Source: Saccostrea cucullata
Lineage: Eukaryota
NCBI RefSeq assembly: GCF_032062105.1
Contig: NW_026939309.1
Span: 434,001 to 498,000 of the forward strand
Length of the DNA: 64,000 bases
Reading direction: 5' to 3'
The notes beneath the pieces were generated by a model. That model made no database searches and was not told the DNA's origin. It saw only the letters and a list, made by a program, of their open reading frames with translations. Position 1 is the first letter of the stretch; every line of letters starts with the position of its first letter. Shown in pieces: positions 59,901-64,000 of the stretch. Made by a program: the position numbers and the translations under genes.

Positions 59901-61403
59901 TAACATTCTGATTTCTAAACCAGTTTCTAAATGTTTTTAAAGGATCCAAACACTTAAACATTTGAAATTGGAAATTTGTTTTTCTTCCTCAAAGGATTAT
60001 ATAAGAAAAACTACCCCTGGTATCTTGCAGAAATGCCTGGTAAGGTACCTCAATTTTTTGTGAGTAAACATGTTTAAGTAGCAATACTTCAATGACAAAC
60101 TCTTAGAAAAATTTATCTATTATTAAGGAACGTCTCGTCTGTCCTTAACAGAGCTCAAGCGAGCTTACTTTGATGAGTTCATTTTGTAGCCGTTGAACTC
60201 TCTCTTTGTAGCTTTTCAGATCATTGCTACTAATAACTAGAGTTTGTTTCAAGATGGCTGAAAATACAATGTAATTAAATGCACCATAAATGGAAGTGAA
60301 ACTCAAGATGCAAAAATAATCAATACGCTTCTCTGATGATATCACCTGAATTTAGCATTACTAAGCAATTCTTAATTGATTTTCCAACAACTGATGTAGA
60401 AATTTCTTGCTTAGATTACTTTTTTTAATTTTTCTAGAACTGGGAGAAAAAACTTGATGCCGAGACATTTTCTGGGTAAATGTTTAATTTCTCCAAGAAT
60501 TTTTGACTTCAGAAAAGAATTATCAGGGTCTTTCAGATTTTTGTTTGAGTAACAACCAATGTATCTACAGGATAGCAAATTCTGACATTTACCATATCTG
60601 GACATGACCTCTGGTTTTGTGAGATTGTCAAGCTCCGCGGATTCGATCATCAGTTTACCCGCATCATTGTAATTTGCCAAATCCCTCCGCAGCTGACTGT
60701 TATTCGCCTCCAACTCGCGGATCTGCTGCCTCAGGGCCAGGATATCCTGACCCATTTTGTGGACAGCTGTACGGTAATTCTCCAGTTCCTTCATCTGGTG
60801 GTCTAATACATTCATGGACGTCTGGTCTAGATTTCCAGGCTGGTAACTGTAATGTTAATATAAGGATTTAAGAAATAATCATTGGGACTTCAACAAATCC
60901 ATGGCATTCAACAAACTGGCATTAGATATACTGAATCAGAAGTTTAACTGTAAAAGAAGTTTTAGTAAGATGAAAAAGAAAATTGCAAAAAGCCTAATAT
61001 GATACATAGAGCTACTTGGATGGCCTTTTTCTCTTAGACCCCAGTTTCAATTTCCTTAAATCAACTTAATATTTAGAAATCAAGTTTCAAGACTAGGACA
61101 TTTGCACTAAATATCACATTGAAATAAGATATTAAAGAACTCAAACAGGAGGAAATATATTAATAAATTAATTGCTAATGGTGTACAAAATGAGCTGAAG
61201 TGTCAAAAAAATTGGGGGGTAAATACTTACCTTGTAGAGGGGCCTCCTGGCATTGAGGAGGTAGCCCCTGGTAGTTGGGTGGCTGCTGGTGGCCTCTGGG
61301 GTGGGCGACCAGATTTGTTTTCTGGATCCACAAAGATGTACTGGTAATCTGGCAGTATAGACTCCATAGCCTCATAAGGAGGAAGGTCTCCATCTTTGAT
61401 AGG
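56994..61403 (-). CDS. CCDC33: Coiled-coil domain-containing protein 33, 3' exons (5' part presumably continues to the right)
   Basis: ELENYRTAVHKMGQDILALRQQIRELEANNSQLR, QKLQNELIKKNDQEK, VEEACKKQEKVIEKMEKIL and QLLENSRSWGKERADM resemble the recalled CCDC33 C-terminal coils; stop at 56994-56996. Confidence 0.85.
58666..59205 (-). repeat. 36-bp minisatellite of exon end plus donor (~15 copies)
   Basis: AGAGACAGGGGCAAAAAGTCAACAG|GTAAGTCACAC on the minus strand; period 36 (e.g. 58921 and 58957). Confidence 0.93.
59829..60144. mobile_element. Kolobok-like MITE between the duplicated CCDC33 exons
   Basis: 19-bp TIR GG(T/A)CAGACGAGACGTTCCT; TTAA TSD at 59825-59828 and 60145-60148. Confidence 0.85.
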
Positions 61404-63659
61404 CTGCAAATCAACAATACTGATGTGTGAATAAACCTCTACTATACGTAATAAATCTTTTTCCAAAATTTCAAACTTTTGTTTTTGAAAATGTAAATAT
61501 ATGTATGTTCATGGTACACATAAACAAATACTTAATATTTTCATGTTTGCAATATAACATAGAACAATCAAATAATGGGTGTATAAATTAATTTATTTTA
61601 ATCCATAGCATATCAAGGAATTACTTTACATAAATTCTATAGTCTATATAAATGACAAAACACTTTTTCTGTTTATTTTCAATGAATAATAATACTAAAT
61701 TAAAGGAATTACATGTATATATCTGATTACTCAACGTGGTATTTGTTAAAAGGATTTAAGAAATTTAAAGCCAAAGGAACCCCCATTTTACCTAAGTAAA
61801 TAATAGAACGATGAATTATATGTACAAATATCTTACCTCGGCCGTATAAGGCCTATAATACATTGTAGCCATTAAAAATTTCCCAAGATTTGTCTTTTTT
61901 ATCACAAATTACAAAAATACAATAATTCCAATCACAGAATTTATAATGGTGGCCTAATTCTTTCTCACATTTTCATAGTTTATGACACACTTTTTGGCAA
62001 AGAAATAGTTAAATCCTTCTTGGCATGATCAGGTTGTATAAAGATCCTCTAATATTAAACACTTTAAGATTGCAAGGGGCTTCCTAAAGGAGCAGAGCTC
62101 AAAAAACACAACATGCATTTAACATGCACAGAAAAAATCTTAGTTGATCTTTTTAGAGGAAGTGTTTGTGTCAGTTTTGATAATTAATTGTCTGGTGATT
62201 TAAAGAATTTTGACAGGTGTAAATCTGATATTTGGTAATCTTTTTGTTTACACATGGCCTCTTGGTAACCAAGGCAAGTTTGCACAGGATCAACAAGTAA
62301 CATGATTTCTCCACCTGGCTGAACATTTAAAGTTACCTGAACTTAAAAAGAAACTGCAGTTCATTTTACAGGAGAGCCAAGGGAAATCAATACTCCTTTT
62401 ATCAACAGATAATACACAGAGGGAAAGAGTTGATAGAGAGGAATATAAAACTGGAATGTTTTCTACACATGCAATATTACATTTTATTGTGGCTTGAGAT
62501 TTCATAAAATATTTACCTATAAACTTATTAATTTAATAATAAATTCCACTCACACAACATGCAGGTAAAATACATGCAGAAAGTTTGTAAAAGAGACAGC
62601 AAATAACAACATTCTTCAGAGTATTAATCAATTGCATAATTTGTTTAAATAGTTTACATGTATACTGAGATGCATTTAAAGGGGAATAACTCTGACCAGC
62701 AAACTATTTAATTGAAAGCAAAGCAAGGTAAAACATTTAAACAGGGTTAAATAAATCCAACTGTTACCTGTAAACCTGATAGTGAATAGACTTGGAACAA
62801 ACAATTAGGCTACAACACAATACAACACAGATTGAAATCATTCATTTCTGTTAAAATCTGCAAAGAAGGATTTCTGAGTCAGAGATGAGGAGAAGAGTTG
62901 ACTTAATTATAAAGGACTGAAAGCTGAACCAAGACCAGAGCTAGAACAGAAAAAAAATTCTAGTACCATTTCCCTTTCTTTAATTAAATATCACCCTTTA
63001 AATTTAAGAATTTTTTAATGAAAAAAAATCCCCCAAAATTTTACTTAGTTGAAAAGAAATTTTTTATATTGATAATGCTTCCAAAGCCAAATAACCCTCT
63101 AAGATGAATAAAAAGACCTTATCTTAAGTGTTTTAATACAAAAAATAAAAAAAAATAGAAGTCACAAAATAATTACACTTTTTGGGATTACAAATTATTT
63201 CTATAAATTTTCATTTCTAAGGGAAATTTTTCACAAGCATATCCTTTAAAAAATTCCAAATGAAAAGTGAATTTTCACAGATTCTGCATAAATTTCTTCA
63301 TTTTTCTGCTTTTGTGAAGAGACCCACAAATTCATGTCTACCACAAAATGTAATTTTTCACAAACAATTCTCCTTTCAAAAAAAATTAGTTTTTCCTAAG
63401 TGAAAAATGTGAATTTACAGTATTAATTTTGAAAAATGAATTACAGTACAGCAACTTTAAAATCAGCATACTGTGAAATTAATACAGTTTTAACATAGTT
63501 CAGTTTCAAAAGTTTTAGTTTGCAGATAATCCAGTGATTTTAAAAACTATTACTTTATAATATCATATGTGACCATATTTTATTTTAAAATTTGTCACTG
63601 CAAAAGGGTAGTACCCCCAATATTATGTGTAAGTAATTTAGGCTGGACTGAGGACATCA

Positions 63660-63732
63660 GCCTGGATAGCTCAGTGGTTAGAGCACCTGACTAGAGATAC
63701 AGGGGTCCCAGGTTTGATTCCCTGTCCAGCCA
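63660..63732 (+). mobile_element. tRNA-derived SINE head or tRNA pseudogene
   Basis: A box TAGCTCAGTGGTTAGAGC, degenerate B box GGTTTGATTCC, acceptor stem with a C-C mismatch, irregular anticodon arm. Confidence 0.65.
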
Positions 63733-64000
63733 TATGTTTTCAATATATATGTATTTATGAATTTTTAATGTATGTTTACTCATTCCTCCTTTCCAAACTA
63801 CATATATTTTATACTGCGGGTTAGACAAATAACATATTTTTATATTTCTGTATTTTTGACTCCATTTATTTGTAACATTTTGACAATTCAATGTATTTCT
63901 CTTTCTGAGACACATATCATTTTAAAATGTTAATGAGATTAAAAGTTGAGACAGTGTTAAAAAGTAATTATATACAATGACACCAGACAAGTTTACGAAA

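Noticed and set aside
63660-63732. Functional tRNA gene
   Set aside because: Acceptor-stem mismatch, irregular anticodon arm and a mutated TTC in the T loop; more consistent with a tRNA-derived repeat.

Overview
AT-rich eukaryotic genomic DNA with many introns, most likely from an ostreid oyster (inferred from a ~166-bp Cg170/HindIII-like satellite inside Helentron elements and a squid-type DFPase). Seven spliced genes form three divergent pairs plus one: DFPase-like (-, first coding exon only) / RICTOR (+), ATP5F1D (-) / serine beta-lactamase-family gene (+), ERCC6/CSB (-) / ASPSCR1/TUG (+), and the 3' part of CCDC33 (-). Introns and spacers carry many non-autonomous DNA transposons (Helentron HINEs, hAT-like MITEs with 5- and 6-bp TSDs, and Kolobok-, P-, MULE-, Tc1/mariner- and Crypton-like elements), several nested. 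The main unexplained signals are: (1) about ten independent tandem duplications anchored on exon-intron junctions that multiply splice donors or acceptors; (2) a Helentron internal satellite with nine perfect AGGTCAnnnTGACCT (estrogen-response-element consensus) palindromes next to the ERCC6 3' end; (3) a pair of 89-nt mutually exclusive exons in CCDC33; (4) a probable DFPase leader exon lying antisense inside RICTOR; (5) strong enrichment of TACATGTA. Gene calls come from recalled protein motifs and hand-checked splice phases; no database search was run.
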